Positions 14,627-24,067 of a DNA stretch of 49,779 bases are shown piece by piece. The DNA comes from a virus: positions 1-49,779 of IMG/VR virus record IMGVR_UViG_3300047178_000244, one strand, 5' to 3'. Made by a program: the position numbers and the translations under genes. Positions within the stretch are counted from its first letter, which is position 1; every line of letters begins with the position of its first letter. The notes below the pieces were generated by a model. It was not told the DNA's origin. It did no database searches and worked only from the letters and a program-made list of their open reading frames with translations.

Positions 14627-15732
14627 GTGCTGCCTCCCGGCGCGGACGCCTTGAATACCTTGGCGTCGTAGGCGTAGATGATTTCGGGCTCCGGCTTGAA
14701 AGCGTCAGCGGGCATCAGCAACAACGTGCAGGTGGTGCCGTTTTCCGCGTCCCTGGAATACGTGACCTCGCTCACCACCCATGACACGCTGACCAGCTTC
14801 AGGACCGGAAAATTCAGGTTCACGAGCGTGTTCGGCGTCCACAGTGCACCGGATGAATCCCGCCAGCTGTCGGTGACGACGCGCAGGACCTGCGACCGGC
14901 CGTAACGGCGTGCGACTTCCCAGTCCGCGCGAGCCTTGGCGATGTCGATGCCGTTACCCATCTGCTCGCTGATGACGACCTTCTGGCGCACCTTGCGGAC
15001 GGGGTGGTCAAACGCTTCGTCCTTGGTGTTCGCGAAGCTGATTGTCGTGTTACCGCTCGACGCCGCGGTATCAGCGAAGCCGTCCGCCGAAGCGGTCAAC
15101 GCGATGATGTGGTTGAACCGCTGGTCCATGGCGTAGCTGATGCTGGCCGACTGCGCGTTGACGCCCTGCTCTAGACCGCCGCCCGCCTTGGTCGCACCGA
15201 CGTCCGCGATGATCAGGCTGCCGTCGGTGTCGTCGTATGTCAGGACGTTGGAATACCGTGCGCAGCGCTCGATGATTTCCCAGGCTGACTCCGATAGGGT
15301 GACGTTGAATTGCGTGATTTTCGGCAAGTTCTGCTTCGAGAGCAGCTTCACGCCGATGCCGTATTGTGCCGAGAGCTTTGTCGCGAGGTCGGCCACCGAC
15401 GTGCTGGAAATCTGGCTGGTGGACCACAGCGCCGAGCAGTCCACGAGGTCCTGGGTCTTCGCCCTTCCGCTGATGCCGACGGTGTGCTCCGACGCCGAAA
15501 TGGACGCTTCGTAGCGGTCGATATAGCCGGTCAACACGGGGTCGGAGCCGATGGACAGGACGACGGGGTTACCGGGCTGGATATCGATGTCCTGCGGCTC
15601 GGTCGGAAACTTCTCCGTAACCGCAACTTCGAAGTCACTCGGGCACAGCTCGACGCCGCGGGTGGCACGGACGGACGTCCACCCCTCCCACTTGCGGCCA
15701 TTCACCGTGAGTGTGAAATCGTCCGACATCAC
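14623..15732 (-). CDS. Mu gpP (gp44)-like baseplate hub / late control D-like protein
   Basis: FTLTVNGRKWEGWTSVRATRGVE N-terminus, 369 aa, and synteny. Confidence 0.8.
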   Translation of the reverse strand: MMSDDFTLTVNGRKWEGWTSVRATRGVELCPSDFEVAVTEKFPTEPQDIDIQPGNPVVLSIGSDPVLTGYIDRYEASISASEHTVGISGRAKTQDLVDCSALWSTSQISSTSVADLATKLSAQYGIGVKLLSKQNLPKITQFNVTLSESAWEIIERCARYSNVLTYDDTDGSLIIADVGATKAGGGLEQGVNAQSASISYAMDQRFNHIIALTASADGFADTAASSGNTTISFANTKDEAFDHPVRKVRQKVVISEQMGNGIDIAKARADWEVARRYGRSQVLRVVTDSWRDSSGALWTPNTLVNLNFPVLKLVSVSWVVSEVTYSRDAENGTTCTLLLMPADAFKPEPEIIYAYDAKVFKASAPGGST

Positions 15733-17078
15733 GACGCCTCCGCAAGAAAGGAGAGCGGCATGAACAGGGGTGAAACGGGGTCAGCCTCGGACACGAGTTC
15801 GTCGGACCGGGTCGCATCCTGATAGAGCTGGTATGCGAGCACCAACGACGGCAGCGGAACGTTTCGACTAACCGTAATCATCGGCGAGAGGCTGGCACCG
15901 CGCGCGGTCAGGTCGGCGGACACGGCGGCGCGGACGGTGCGCAGGGCCTCGTATGAGCGATCGTCGCCCGCATCACCAGCGACCGTGATTTCCGCATCGA
16001 ACGCGGCAATGACGGCTGACTTGTAAGCCTGCGCGTCGGCGTAGCTGTCTGGCACGTATGCGGCCGCCGCATTCGCCATCTCGAGCACGGCCGAGCGTCG
16101 GATGAGGTTGAGCGTGCCGTTCTGGGCGACGTTCTGCCAGTAGCCAATGCCAGCGGTGGACGTCGTCGCGAGCGGAGCGGCCCAGGTCAGCAGGGTTCCG
16201 AGCAGGCGCAGTGCGTCCGTGGGGCTCGCGGCGGCCGCTGCGAAGGCGCTGACGGCTTCCTGGAGCGCGGCCGCCAGGTCGGACACGTCCGAGGCTGCTA
16301 CCGTCAGAGCGCTCGTTACAGCGGCCTGCGCGGCGGCTACGGCGGCGCCCCGGTTCGCGGCGGCCTGCTGGAGCACGGCGGACGCTGCGGGCCCTGTGCC
16401 GCCACCGAACAGGCCCGATCCAGAAACGGCCGGTTGGCTGCTGTCGATGACGCCGAAGGCGAACCGGCCCAGGTTGCTGATGCCGGGCAGACCGGAGAGC
16501 TGCAGCAAGGATTGGATCGGATTCTGGAAGCTGCGGCCGACGAACGACGAGAACCCGCTCACGGTGGAACCGACCGAGCCGGTGACCTCGCGTCCGTAGC
16601 CCAGCGCCGGTTCGATGCCCGCGTAGTCCGCAGCCGTGTCCGATGCCGCGAGCCCTGTCGCCGACGTCGTGTTGTCCTGCGTGGCGCTGGCGCCGTCCGG
16701 GTAAGCGGGAGCGTCCGCCGTCTCGGTAAAAGAAAACGAGATCTCGATGTATCGGCCCGCGTCCTGGCGCTCGCTGAACTCCGGCGGTGCCGTGAGGGCG
16801 GCCGTCCTCTTGCCCAGCGCCGGATGCACGAGGTCGCCGGGCCCGGGCTGCTCGCACGCGTCCAGTAGCTTCTGCTGCTGAGCAAGGACGTCGTCGCCAA
16901 GTATGAAGGCGGTGAACGTGAGGTCGCGCCTGCCCCTGCCGAGGTCCTCGACCCACACGACGTCGCGATATGGGTATTCGTGCACCACCGTTCGGCGGCC
17001 GCGGCGGACCGTGGTGCCGGTCACGAAAAAAGGGAGGCCGCGCCAGGAAGCGGGCTGGAGGTCGTCGTTCCAGGCCAC
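15729..17078 (-). CDS. DNA circulation protein (Mu gpN-like)
   Basis: ASWRGLPFFVTGTTVRRGRRTVVHEYPYRDVVWVEDLGRGRRDLTFTAFILGDD matches the DNA_circ_N signature. Confidence 0.85.
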   Translation of the reverse strand: MAWNDDLQPASWRGLPFFVTGTTVRRGRRTVVHEYPYRDVVWVEDLGRGRRDLTFTAFILGDDVLAQQQKLLDACEQPGPGDLVHPALGKRTAALTAPPEFSERQDAGRYIEISFSFTETADAPAYPDGASATQDNTTSATGLAASDTAADYAGIEPALGYGREVTGSVGSTVSGFSSFVGRSFQNPIQSLLQLSGLPGISNLGRFAFGVIDSSQPAVSGSGLFGGGTGPAASAVLQQAAANRGAAVAAAQAAVTSALTVAASDVSDLAAALQEAVSAFAAAAASPTDALRLLGTLLTWAAPLATTSTAGIGYWQNVAQNGTLNLIRRSAVLEMANAAAAYVPDSYADAQAYKSAVIAAFDAEITVAGDAGDDRSYEALRTVRAAVSADLTARGASLSPMITVSRNVPLPSLVLAYQLYQDATRSDELVSEADPVSPLFMPLSFLAEAS

Positions 17079-17081
17079 GGC

Positions 17082-19058
17082 TCAGCTCCCCGCCATCGCG
17101 CGCTCAACGACCGGCTTTCCGACGCCAGTTCCCGAGCTTGTTGCACTGATGGTAGTCCCCGTCGGCGCATTTACGTGCGTGACGGTGACACCGACGCTGC
17201 CGTTCACGCCGCCACCTGCGGTCGCGCCTGTGCCGCCGCCGATGCTGACCGGCGCGCCGCGCCCGAGCTCCAAGGCGACGCCCTTGCCGAGCTGCGCGTC
17301 CGTTGCCCACTGGGCTTCCCCGTGCTCCGCGCCGATGTCCGCGCCCAGGAATGCCTGGGCGAACCGCGGGTCGCGCAGGTCGTACTTCGCGTTCCGGTCC
17401 AGGCCGGTCTGACGCGAAATCTCCGCGATCATCTTCTCGGTGTCGTTGTTGTCCTCGGGCGGGCTGCGGCGGTACAGCTCCTTGGCGATGGTGTTGTAGC
17501 CGCGGTCCTGGTCGAGCAGCATCTGGTGCAGTCCGCCCGCGATGCCCTCCTCCGGCGAGTTGTAGGTAGCCCACCGGCCGTGCGCGCCCGTCGTGTAGGG
17601 CTCGCCGTGCAGATACATAAGGTTCGTCGGGTTGTTGTTCTTGAACGAGGAGCTCTTGCCCTCGATGCCGAGCGACTGGAGCTGCCGGTCGAGCCAACCT
17701 GGACCGCGATCCTTTTCATCATCGTTTGCCGGAGCGGGCGGACGCACGTTCTCCCCCGGGCGGCTGACGCGGAAGCGCGCATGCGGCCCGTCCGGGGTGC
17801 TGTCGCCGATGCCGATGCCCGTGATGGCGGCGGTCCCGGCCACGCCACCGGCTACCCACAGCCCCGTCTCCACCGCTGCCGCGCCCGCCCCAATCTTCAT
17901 CAACCCGGTCAGGATCGGGCTGCCGCCCAGGAGTGCCAGACGCCCCAGGATGCTTCCCAGGAGGCTGAAGAAATACAGGAATGGGTTGATGATTTTCAGA
18001 ACGAAGCTGCCAGCCATCACGCCGAAGAAAACCTCGAGCGCCGTCTTCCAGCCGCCCAGGCTCTGCGCCACGCCGTCGACGTCCGTCCACAGGCCCTGGA
18101 TTGTCTTTCCGACACCGGCCCAGTCCACGCCCTCGGCCCACTGCTCCATGTCGCCGAAGAACTTGGCGAGCTTCGGGCGATGGGAGTCCACCCATCCGCT
18201 CAGGTAATCCATCAGGTGCGTCAGGGGCGGCGCGAGAACGTTGCTGACGGCATCCCCAGCACCCTTCACGGACTGCTTGAGCGCTCGCATCGACAGGTCG
18301 AACTTCTGGGCGTTATCGATGGCTTCCGGCGTCAAACCGCTATGCTTCTTGGCCTCGTCTTCCAGCGACGCGAGACGTGCCGAGCCACCGTTGACGGCGG
18401 GCGCGATGCCGTCGTACGCGCCGCCAAAAATCGCCCTCCCCGCGACCGCGCGCTGGCTCTGGTCCTGTATGCGCGACAGGGAATCAAATACCAGGGGCAG
18501 GAGCTCAGACGCCGTCTTGAGCTCGCCGTTGGCTTTCCGGAACTGGGTGTCGTCGATGTGCAGGTTCTGCAGCATCAATAGAATTTTGTTGTCATTTGGC
18601 GAGTTCGTCAGCAGGTCCTGGAAGGTCTGCAATCCCTCGGATGCCGCCTCCGCGCTGCCGCCCGCGAGGTCCACGGCGTTTTTGAATGTCTCCAGCCCGA
18701 TAGCCGACGTCCGGGCGCGCGCCGCCGCTTGCGAGAGCTGCATGCCGTAGTCGCCGAACTTCGCGATGAGCGCGGCCATGCCACCGACCGTCGCCGCGCC
18801 GGTGATGAGCTTCAGGGGCGTGATCAGGCTGGTGAGGATGCCGAAGGCCTTGGCCGCCCCCGCGTGCACGCGGCGGAAGCCATCGCCCAGCTTGTCCAGG
18901 TGAGCCGCGGCCGCCAGTTTCTTCAGTGCGGCGCCGTACTCGCGGACGGGCCGGGTGGCCTTCTCGATTTGCGAGTTGACCTTGTTCAGAATCGCGGTCG
19001 CTTTATCGACGGCGGTGATCTTGACGAGGAAGGTTCCGACGGCGGAAGTATCAGCCAT
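17082..19058 (-). CDS. Tape measure protein
   Basis: 658 aa, Ala/Gly-rich, helical, with central hydrophobic segments. It lies between the frameshifted chaperone and the DNA circulation gene. Confidence 0.85.
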   Translation of the reverse strand: MADTSAVGTFLVKITAVDKATAILNKVNSQIEKATRPVREYGAALKKLAAAAHLDKLGDGFRRVHAGAAKAFGILTSLITPLKLITGAATVGGMAALIAKFGDYGMQLSQAAARARTSAIGLETFKNAVDLAGGSAEAASEGLQTFQDLLTNSPNDNKILLMLQNLHIDDTQFRKANGELKTASELLPLVFDSLSRIQDQSQRAVAGRAIFGGAYDGIAPAVNGGSARLASLEDEAKKHSGLTPEAIDNAQKFDLSMRALKQSVKGAGDAVSNVLAPPLTHLMDYLSGWVDSHRPKLAKFFGDMEQWAEGVDWAGVGKTIQGLWTDVDGVAQSLGGWKTALEVFFGVMAGSFVLKIINPFLYFFSLLGSILGRLALLGGSPILTGLMKIGAGAAAVETGLWVAGGVAGTAAITGIGIGDSTPDGPHARFRVSRPGENVRPPAPANDDEKDRGPGWLDRQLQSLGIEGKSSSFKNNNPTNLMYLHGEPYTTGAHGRWATYNSPEEGIAGGLHQMLLDQDRGYNTIAKELYRRSPPEDNNDTEKMIAEISRQTGLDRNAKYDLRDPRFAQAFLGADIGAEHGEAQWATDAQLGKGVALELGRGAPVSIGGGTGATAGGGVNGSVGVTVTHVNAPTGTTISATSSGTGVGKPVVERAMAGS

Positions 19059-19526
19059 CTTTACCTCCCCTCGCCTCTATCATCTTATTGGCGGCATCGA
19101 CCCAGTTCCGGAGTTCGGTTCCGGTCAGGTTCCAACCCGCTTCCGGTGGCCAGCCGAAAAACTTGGAAAGCTGCGGGATGACGGAACCCAGGTTGGAAGG
19201 CCAGCCCTCGACTACTTGACCAAAGGGCCGCTCACCCCGTCCACGAAAGCCATCAGGTATTCCGTGGCCTGGTTCAGCTTGCGGATGGGCATGTTCTCCA
19301 CGACGACGCGGGGAACGCCCGAGACCAGGGCCACCAGCATGATTTGGTGGTCGACGATTTGCTCCGCGCCGAACTGGCCTTTCAGCAAACTGCGGGCCTT
19401 CTTCACCTCGATGGCCTTGGGCTCGCGCAGCGTGATGCGATCCCACGTGCCGTTGTTGTGCGCCAGCGGCGGGTCGAACTCGATTTCGAGCTCGGCTGGC
19501 AGTTCGTCAGCGGACGTATCCGTCAT
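19051..19526 (-). CDS. Tail assembly chaperone, -1 frameshift fusion product (gpGT-like)
   Basis: The -1 frame is open from the slippery site to 19051 (C-terminal ...GQVVEGWPSNLGSVIPQLSKFFGWPPEAGWNLTGTELRNWVDAANKMIEARGGKDG). It overlaps the tape measure start by 8 nt. Confidence 0.6.
19212..19526 (-). CDS. Tail assembly chaperone (Mu gp41 / gpG-like), frame-0 product
   Basis: 104 aa between the tube and tape measure genes. It ends 6 nt after a CCCUUUG slippery heptamer. Confidence 0.75.
   Translation of the reverse strand: MTDTSADELPAELEIEFDPPLAHNNGTWDRITLREPKAIEVKKARSLLKGQFGAEQIVDHQIMLVALVSGVPRVVVENMPIRKLNQATEYLMAFVDGVSGPLVK
19221..19227 (-). promoter_or_regulatory. Programmed -1 ribosomal frameshift slippery heptamer C_CCU_UUG
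   Basis: Frame-0 codons GGC CCU UUG match X_XXY_YYZ. After a -1 slip the reading CCC UUU GGU continues in the 19051..19446 ORF frame. Confidence 0.6.
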
Positions 19527-19538
19527 TTTCCGTTACCC

Positions 19539-19907
19539 TTAGTTGTCGGTGACCTGCGGGCCCTCGAGGGTGACCTCGAACGTGCCTTCCTTGGCGCTCA
19601 CGCTCATGGCCTCTGTCGCCCACATGCCCGATCCGTTGATGACCTTGCCGTTCGCGGCGGTGATCTGGACGTCCACGCCGGTCCAATCTGACATGATTTC
19701 CGTGACCGAAAGGTCCGGCGAGTCGAACAAAGTGACCTTGATTTGGCCTTCCCTGATGTTCTCGATGTAGCCAGCAACACCGGACAGCCCCTTGGCGGTC
19801 TCACGGTCCACGTTGCACGGAATCCAAGTGCAGGCGTCCCCGATGTTGTAGGTGGCGCCGTCGATGGTGCAGGAGGTTACGCCCGCGATACGCTGAGAAG
19901 CAGCCAT
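19539..19907 (-). CDS. Tail tube protein
   Basis: 122 aa directly after the sheath gene. It contains a TIDGATYNI-type motif and is preceded by the A-rich initiation cassette TCGGGGGTCACGAAA-ATG. Confidence 0.8.
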   Translation of the reverse strand: MAASQRIAGVTSCTIDGATYNIGDACTWIPCNVDRETAKGLSGVAGYIENIREGQIKVTLFDSPDLSVTEIMSDWTGVDVQITAANGKVINGSGMWATEAMSVSAKEGTFEVTLEGPQVTDN

Positions 19908-19922
19908 TTTCGTGACCCCCGA

Positions 19923-21407
19923 TTAGCCGGTCGAATTCTGGAAAGCGATGAGGGCAGCGACCTGTCGCAGCTGGTCCACCGGCACGATCGGGAGGATGCC
20001 GTCGATCCTGCACCGGTTCGCCGAGTTCCGCTGCACTACCAGGGCCTTCGCGAAGGCTGCGCTGTCCTGGACCATGCCGAGGCCCTCGAGAACTCGGTAG
20101 CGGCCGACGATAAAGGCCTTCAGGACGGACGGGGTAACCGCGGCCACGCCGGGGCGAAGGTTCGTGCCGTCGTCCACCAGCTTGCAGCGCCCGAAGGTGC
20201 TCTGGATGGCCGTGCGCAGGTAGCGGACCACATAGGCCAGCGTCGCCAGCCGCTCGACGTAGAGATAGCTGTCGTCCGGGTCGCCGTAGGCGTCCTTCTG
20301 GTAGCTGGTGATAGCCGTTTCGATGGCCACCGAGTTGTCATCGCCAACCGTGAAAGTGCTGATTCCGTCGAACAGGAGCGCGTTGCGGTCGGTGGAAGCG
20401 AACCGGCTCTGAACCGGCGGCGCCAGGACATCGTTGAGCGCAACCGTCTGCAGGGGCAGGCCGGGATCGGCGCGCAGGCTGACGGCGGACGCGCCAGCGT
20501 AAGCAGCGGCCCAAGCCCACACAGGAGAAGGCGAGTCGTTGAAGCCCATGAAGCTGATGTGCGGGTCGTTTTGCGCGGCGCCGAAGGTGTTCAGCGCGCC
20601 AACGGTGCCACGGACGGCCGAGAACACCTCGCCATACTGCTGCTGGTTCCACGCCCAACGGCTCGCCATAAAAGTCCGGCCCGAGGTCAGCGCAGTGGCA
20701 TCCGTGTACGGGTTCGCGATAAAGTCGAAGGCCTTGTCGGACAAGTTTGCGTAGGCATCATCGAGTTCCGCGGCCAGAACGCCGGTTCCGCCGGACATGG
20801 CCGCTATGTTGATAGTCAGACCGGCCGGGACGAACTCGCCGCCCGGGGCGCCCTGGTAGTTCAGCCGCACGTCGATGTCGTTGCCGATGGCCCCTTTGTG
20901 CACGCAAGTGAGCGTGACGACGCCAGCGGCCGCGGTCGCGGTGACCGGCACATAAGGAGCCGCGGTGATAGCGGCGGCGATCGCGTTCGCGACGTCGCCC
21001 ACGGCCTGGGTCGGCGAGATCGCCACCGGCACGAGGACATCCGCGACGTAGAGGCTCAGCGTGCCCGCTGCGGTGGCGGGGGCATTGACGGTGATCGTGC
21101 CGGTGGCGGCGACGCCCGCGGCGGGGTCGGCGACGGGCAGCGCCCAGAGCTCGCCGAAGGAATCGTTGGCACGCCAGGTGCGGACCATGCGGGCCAGCAT
21201 CGAGTCCGAGCCGAACTGCTCGCGGCCGTCGCCCTGCACCAGGACCGGCAGCCCGGGGAACACCGCGGCGGTGCCGAGCAGCTGGCCGACGATGAGGCCG
21301 CGCTGGCTCTGCGGTGCGCTGTTCGCGTTCGAGTTGTTGAACTCGGCGTAGAACAGGGGCAAGCGCAGGTTCTGGGGAATCTGCTGGAAAGAAACGGTTC
21401 CGCTCAC
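19923..21407 (-). CDS. Contractile tail sheath protein
   Basis: 494 aa. The N-terminal motif is FQQIPQNLRLPLFYAEFNNS. It is syntenic with the tube gene. Confidence 0.85.
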   Translation of the reverse strand: MSGTVSFQQIPQNLRLPLFYAEFNNSNANSAPQSQRGLIVGQLLGTAAVFPGLPVLVQGDGREQFGSDSMLARMVRTWRANDSFGELWALPVADPAAGVAATGTITVNAPATAAGTLSLYVADVLVPVAISPTQAVGDVANAIAAAITAAPYVPVTATAAAGVVTLTCVHKGAIGNDIDVRLNYQGAPGGEFVPAGLTINIAAMSGGTGVLAAELDDAYANLSDKAFDFIANPYTDATALTSGRTFMASRWAWNQQQYGEVFSAVRGTVGALNTFGAAQNDPHISFMGFNDSPSPVWAWAAAYAGASAVSLRADPGLPLQTVALNDVLAPPVQSRFASTDRNALLFDGISTFTVGDDNSVAIETAITSYQKDAYGDPDDSYLYVERLATLAYVVRYLRTAIQSTFGRCKLVDDGTNLRPGVAAVTPSVLKAFIVGRYRVLEGLGMVQDSAAFAKALVVQRNSANRCRIDGILPIVPVDQLRQVAALIAFQNSTG

Positions 21408-21685
21408 AGCTCGTTCTCCATCCTACGTTCGACGACTTGCGCCGCCGTTGGGACCGCCGGGGCGGCCGCTTCAACCTTTTCCGGAGCCGCCGGGGCGGGC
21501 GCCGGGGACCGTTTCACCTCGATAACGTCCCCGTCGCGCAGGCGGCGGATCCAGTAGAGGGAGCGCTCGACGACGCGTCCGCCGGGCGGCAAGACGTCCC
21601 CGAGCACCGGGTCACGAACAAGGAAACCATGCGCGGGCTCCACTTCGAGCGTGCCTTCGACGCGTGGGGGTTGGGGTGCGGCCAT
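21404..21685 (-). CDS. Mu gp38-like small protein (DUF2635-like)
   Basis: 93 aa with LPPGGRVVERSLYWIRRLRDGDV. I took the internal ATG of listed ORF 21404..22354, whose N-terminal extension is Arg/Pro-rich. Confidence 0.6.
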   Translation of the reverse strand: MAAPQPPRVEGTLEVEPAHGFLVRDPVLGDVLPPGGRVVERSLYWIRRLRDGDVIEVKRSPAPAPAAPEKVEAAAPAVPTAAQVVERRMENEL

Positions 21686-21687
21686 GA

Positions 21688-22242
21688 TCAGGACTCCGGC
21701 TGCTGGATAGGTAGGGAGAGGACGATTTCCGGGCCGTCCGGGCAGTCCGCGCAGCCGCCCACCGCGTCGGGTTCGACCACGTCCCAGGACTCCGACCACT
21801 CGAGCGCGAACCGGATGGACACGCCGCCGGTGACGCGCTGCTCGGACGATGCGGCCTCCGGGAACTCGATGCGGGTCCGGACGCTCGCGCAGCGCTCGAC
21901 GAGCCCGGCGACGCCCAGGAGAGCCGGTGACGTCAGGATGGCGTTCTCGACGGCGCCCGCGATCTGCTCGAGCAGCGCCTCGACGTCCTCGGCGGTGTCC
22001 GCGGCGGCCTGGGTTTCCACCGCCATCTCGCAGCTCACGCCGTAGCGGGATTCCGCCGAAGACAGAGAGTGAGCCGTTTTGGTTTCCTCCCAGCCGTATA
22101 CGAGCACCGCTGGAAGCTGGAATCCTTGCACGGGCCAGATGCGCGCGCGGAATACGGTGCCGCCGAACGGGATTACGGCCGCCTGCACCAGCGAGGCGAC
22201 GAGGTCGCGTACGGCGGCGCGCCCGGGCAAGAGCGTGCTCAT
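21688..22242 (-). CDS. Tail completion/terminator-like protein (Mu gp37-like), tentative
   Basis: 184 aa. The call rests on position between the head-tail joining gene and the gp38-like and sheath genes. Confidence 0.55.
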   Translation of the reverse strand: MSTLLPGRAAVRDLVASLVQAAVIPFGGTVFRARIWPVQGFQLPAVLVYGWEETKTAHSLSSAESRYGVSCEMAVETQAAADTAEDVEALLEQIAGAVENAILTSPALLGVAGLVERCASVRTRIEFPEAASSEQRVTGGVSIRFALEWSESWDVVEPDAVGGCADCPDGPEIVLSLPIQQPES

Positions 22243-22559
22243 CGCGTGCCCTGCAGGCCGAGGAAGATATGGCCGTGGCTGTCGGGCTCGACCGTGACCA
22301 CCTTCCAGGTGCCTCCGCCGACCTCGGCCGTGTCGCCCTGTGCAAGGCAGACACCGGCGGGAACGGAAGCGGCGCGAAGCCCGAGGACAGGCCGCCGCGA
22401 GCTGATGGCCGCGCCGATGTCGTTGAACTTCACCTCGAGATATTCGCGATCAAACACGCCGGTTACGGCAAATGGCTGGCCGCCCTTGGGCGAGTAGACC
22501 GCGGCCTGCCCGAACGCTTTCATCCCGGCAACTAGGGCGCGGTCGAAATCAACGGCCAC
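22239..22559 (-). CDS. Head-tail joining/adaptor protein (gpFII-position), tentative
   Basis: 106 aa. GTG start with GAGGGTG RBS. It is the first gene after the major capsid gene. The pattern FG..AVY.P..G....V.GVF ... GD.A.V.G..W.V..V.PD resembles head-tail attachment proteins. Confidence 0.55.
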   Translation of the reverse strand: MAVDFDRALVAGMKAFGQAAVYSPKGGQPFAVTGVFDREYLEVKFNDIGAAISSRRPVLGLRAASVPAGVCLAQGDTAEVGGGTWKVVTVEPDSHGHIFLGLQGTR

Positions 22560-22586
22560 GGCGTCACCCTCACGTTTTTTCGTAAT

Positions 22587-22618
22587 CAGGGCGGCCCCAA
22601 GTATTCAGGGCCGCCCTG
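22587..22618 (-). promoter_or_regulatory. Perfect 11-bp GC hairpin just downstream of the major capsid gene
   Basis: CAGGGCGGCCC-(10 nt)-GGGCCGCCCTG. On the sense (minus) strand it is followed by AUUACGAAAAAACG with no U tract, so it is an attenuator or mRNA-stabilising structure rather than a canonical terminator. Confidence 0.6.
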
Positions 22619-22631
22619 TGGTTTCCGCAGA

Positions 22632-23663
22632 TTACATCGTGCCGGTCAGGAGAACTTCCGGACGGGTGCACATGAACAGCGGGTAGGAATACAGCTCCAT
22701 CTTCCAGTAGCTGTTGCGCAGCAGGTCCGGGATGGGGAGCAGGTACTCGACCTTGCCGGGGGTGTTCACCCACTCGATGGACTCGCCGGGCGCCTGGGCC
22801 TGGTCGAAAACCGCCTTGCTGGCCGGGAAGATGATGCAGCCGTTCGCCGGGACCGCGATCGTGGTCTTGTCGTTGCTGCCGCGGTAGTTCATGAACGTGA
22901 GGCCGCCGAAGGCGAAGGCCGAGAACGCGGCACCGGCGCTGCCGTCGCGGATCTCGCGGGCCTCGTTCCAGTTCACGAAGGTCCTGATGACGTCTGGATG
23001 GTTGACGAACGCGTCGTAGAATGCATCGCCGCACAGGACCACGATTTCGCAGTCGTCTTCGACCGCGCCCTGGCTGTTGCGCAGGATGGTCCGGCGGATG
23101 CCGTTGCACAGCGGGCGCAGGCTGTTCGGCGTGCCAGCGGCCAGGTTGAAGGCGATCGCGCCGGGGCGGGCGATCTGGAACTCGGCGAAGAGATCATAGA
23201 CCACCGAGCTGTCCTTGGGATCGAGCACGTAGCCCTGAACCGCGGCGAGGCGCAGATACTCGCGGGTGTACTCCATCCTCTTCTGAAGGCCGGTGGGACC
23301 GGAGACGCGGCGGCCAACTTCGGCTTCGACCTGCATCAACTCGGTCTCGGACCCGAACGCGCGGACGTCCTGCAGCTCGCTGGCCCACACGGTGTCGTCG
23401 GCCATCAGGCGCTTGGTCGCGAAGGTGAGCGCGTTGCGCTTCTCGGTCACGCGGTTCTGGCCTTCCTCGCCGCGCTCGCTGAACGGGATGAGCGTGAGCA
23501 CGCCCTGCCGGTCTTCGACGAACAGGCTCTTGGTGCGGATCGGCTTCAGGTTGAAGAAGTCGAGCTTGCCGAGACCCGTGGGCAGGTAAGGCACCTTCTC
23601 GATGCTGTTCGTCAGCGAAATCGCCGAGAAGGCATCGTTGGTGAAGACGTTCAGCGAGGCCAT
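22632..23663 (-). CDS. Major capsid protein, lambda gpE-like
   Basis: 343 aa starting MASLNVFTNDAFSAISLTNSIEKVPYLPTGLG, typical of the Phage_cap_E family. AAGGAG RBS precedes it. It follows the decoration gene. Confidence 0.9.
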   Translation of the reverse strand: MASLNVFTNDAFSAISLTNSIEKVPYLPTGLGKLDFFNLKPIRTKSLFVEDRQGVLTLIPFSERGEEGQNRVTEKRNALTFATKRLMADDTVWASELQDVRAFGSETELMQVEAEVGRRVSGPTGLQKRMEYTREYLRLAAVQGYVLDPKDSSVVYDLFAEFQIARPGAIAFNLAAGTPNSLRPLCNGIRRTILRNSQGAVEDDCEIVVLCGDAFYDAFVNHPDVIRTFVNWNEAREIRDGSAGAAFSAFAFGGLTFMNYRGSNDKTTIAVPANGCIIFPASKAVFDQAQAPGESIEWVNTPGKVEYLLPIPDLLRNSYWKMELYSYPLFMCTRPEVLLTGTM

Positions 23664-23674
23664 ATCGGGGCTCC

Positions 23675-24052
23675 TTAGCGGACGATTACGTGAACGGCGG
23701 CGAGCTGCTGCCCGGCCGCGGTGATCTGAGCCTGCGTGAGCGCGCCGTAGACGAGCTCGCCGCCGTTCACCTCGCAGTCGCGCACGACCACGGCGCACGG
23801 CGTGTTCCCGTTCGTCGCGTTCACGTCGGCGTAGAGGATGCCGAAGGCGTTCTCGGAACCGTCAGTCGCGGCCGGGCTCAGCGCGGTGATAAGGCCGGTG
23901 TCGGTGATCAGGCCGACGATGCTGCCGCAAGGCAGGTTCTGACCGGCAGCCATGGTCGCGCGGTCAATGCTGCGGTGGCCGCTCGCCATCGAGATGACGA
24001 AGCCCCCCATGTGCCAGCTTTCGACGAGCGGAGTCTGCGGAACGTATACCAT
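23675..24052 (-). CDS. Head decoration protein (lambda gpD-like)
   Basis: 125 aa. ...GSIVGLITDTG...DGSENAFGILYADVNA...AVVVRDCEVNGGEL... fits the gpD-family pattern. It lies between scaffold and capsid genes. Confidence 0.8.
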   Translation of the reverse strand: MVYVPQTPLVESWHMGGFVISMASGHRSIDRATMAAGQNLPCGSIVGLITDTGLITALSPAATDGSENAFGILYADVNATNGNTPCAVVVRDCEVNGGELVYGALTQAQITAAGQQLAAVHVIVR

Positions 24053-24067
24053 TTTTCGTAACTCCGA

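Noticed and set aside
16980-18581. Very long ORFs on the opposite strand or out of frame with recognised genes. Examples are 552..1256, 16980..18581, 19743..21557, 24078..25264, 25365..26897, 32407..34362 and 47348..48868.
   Set aside because: They overlap genes with clear family motifs (tape measure, sheath, protease, portal, terminase, replicase). They are Arg/Pro/Gly/Ala-rich, as expected for stop-poor shadow frames in GC-rich DNA. They lack ribosome-binding sites.
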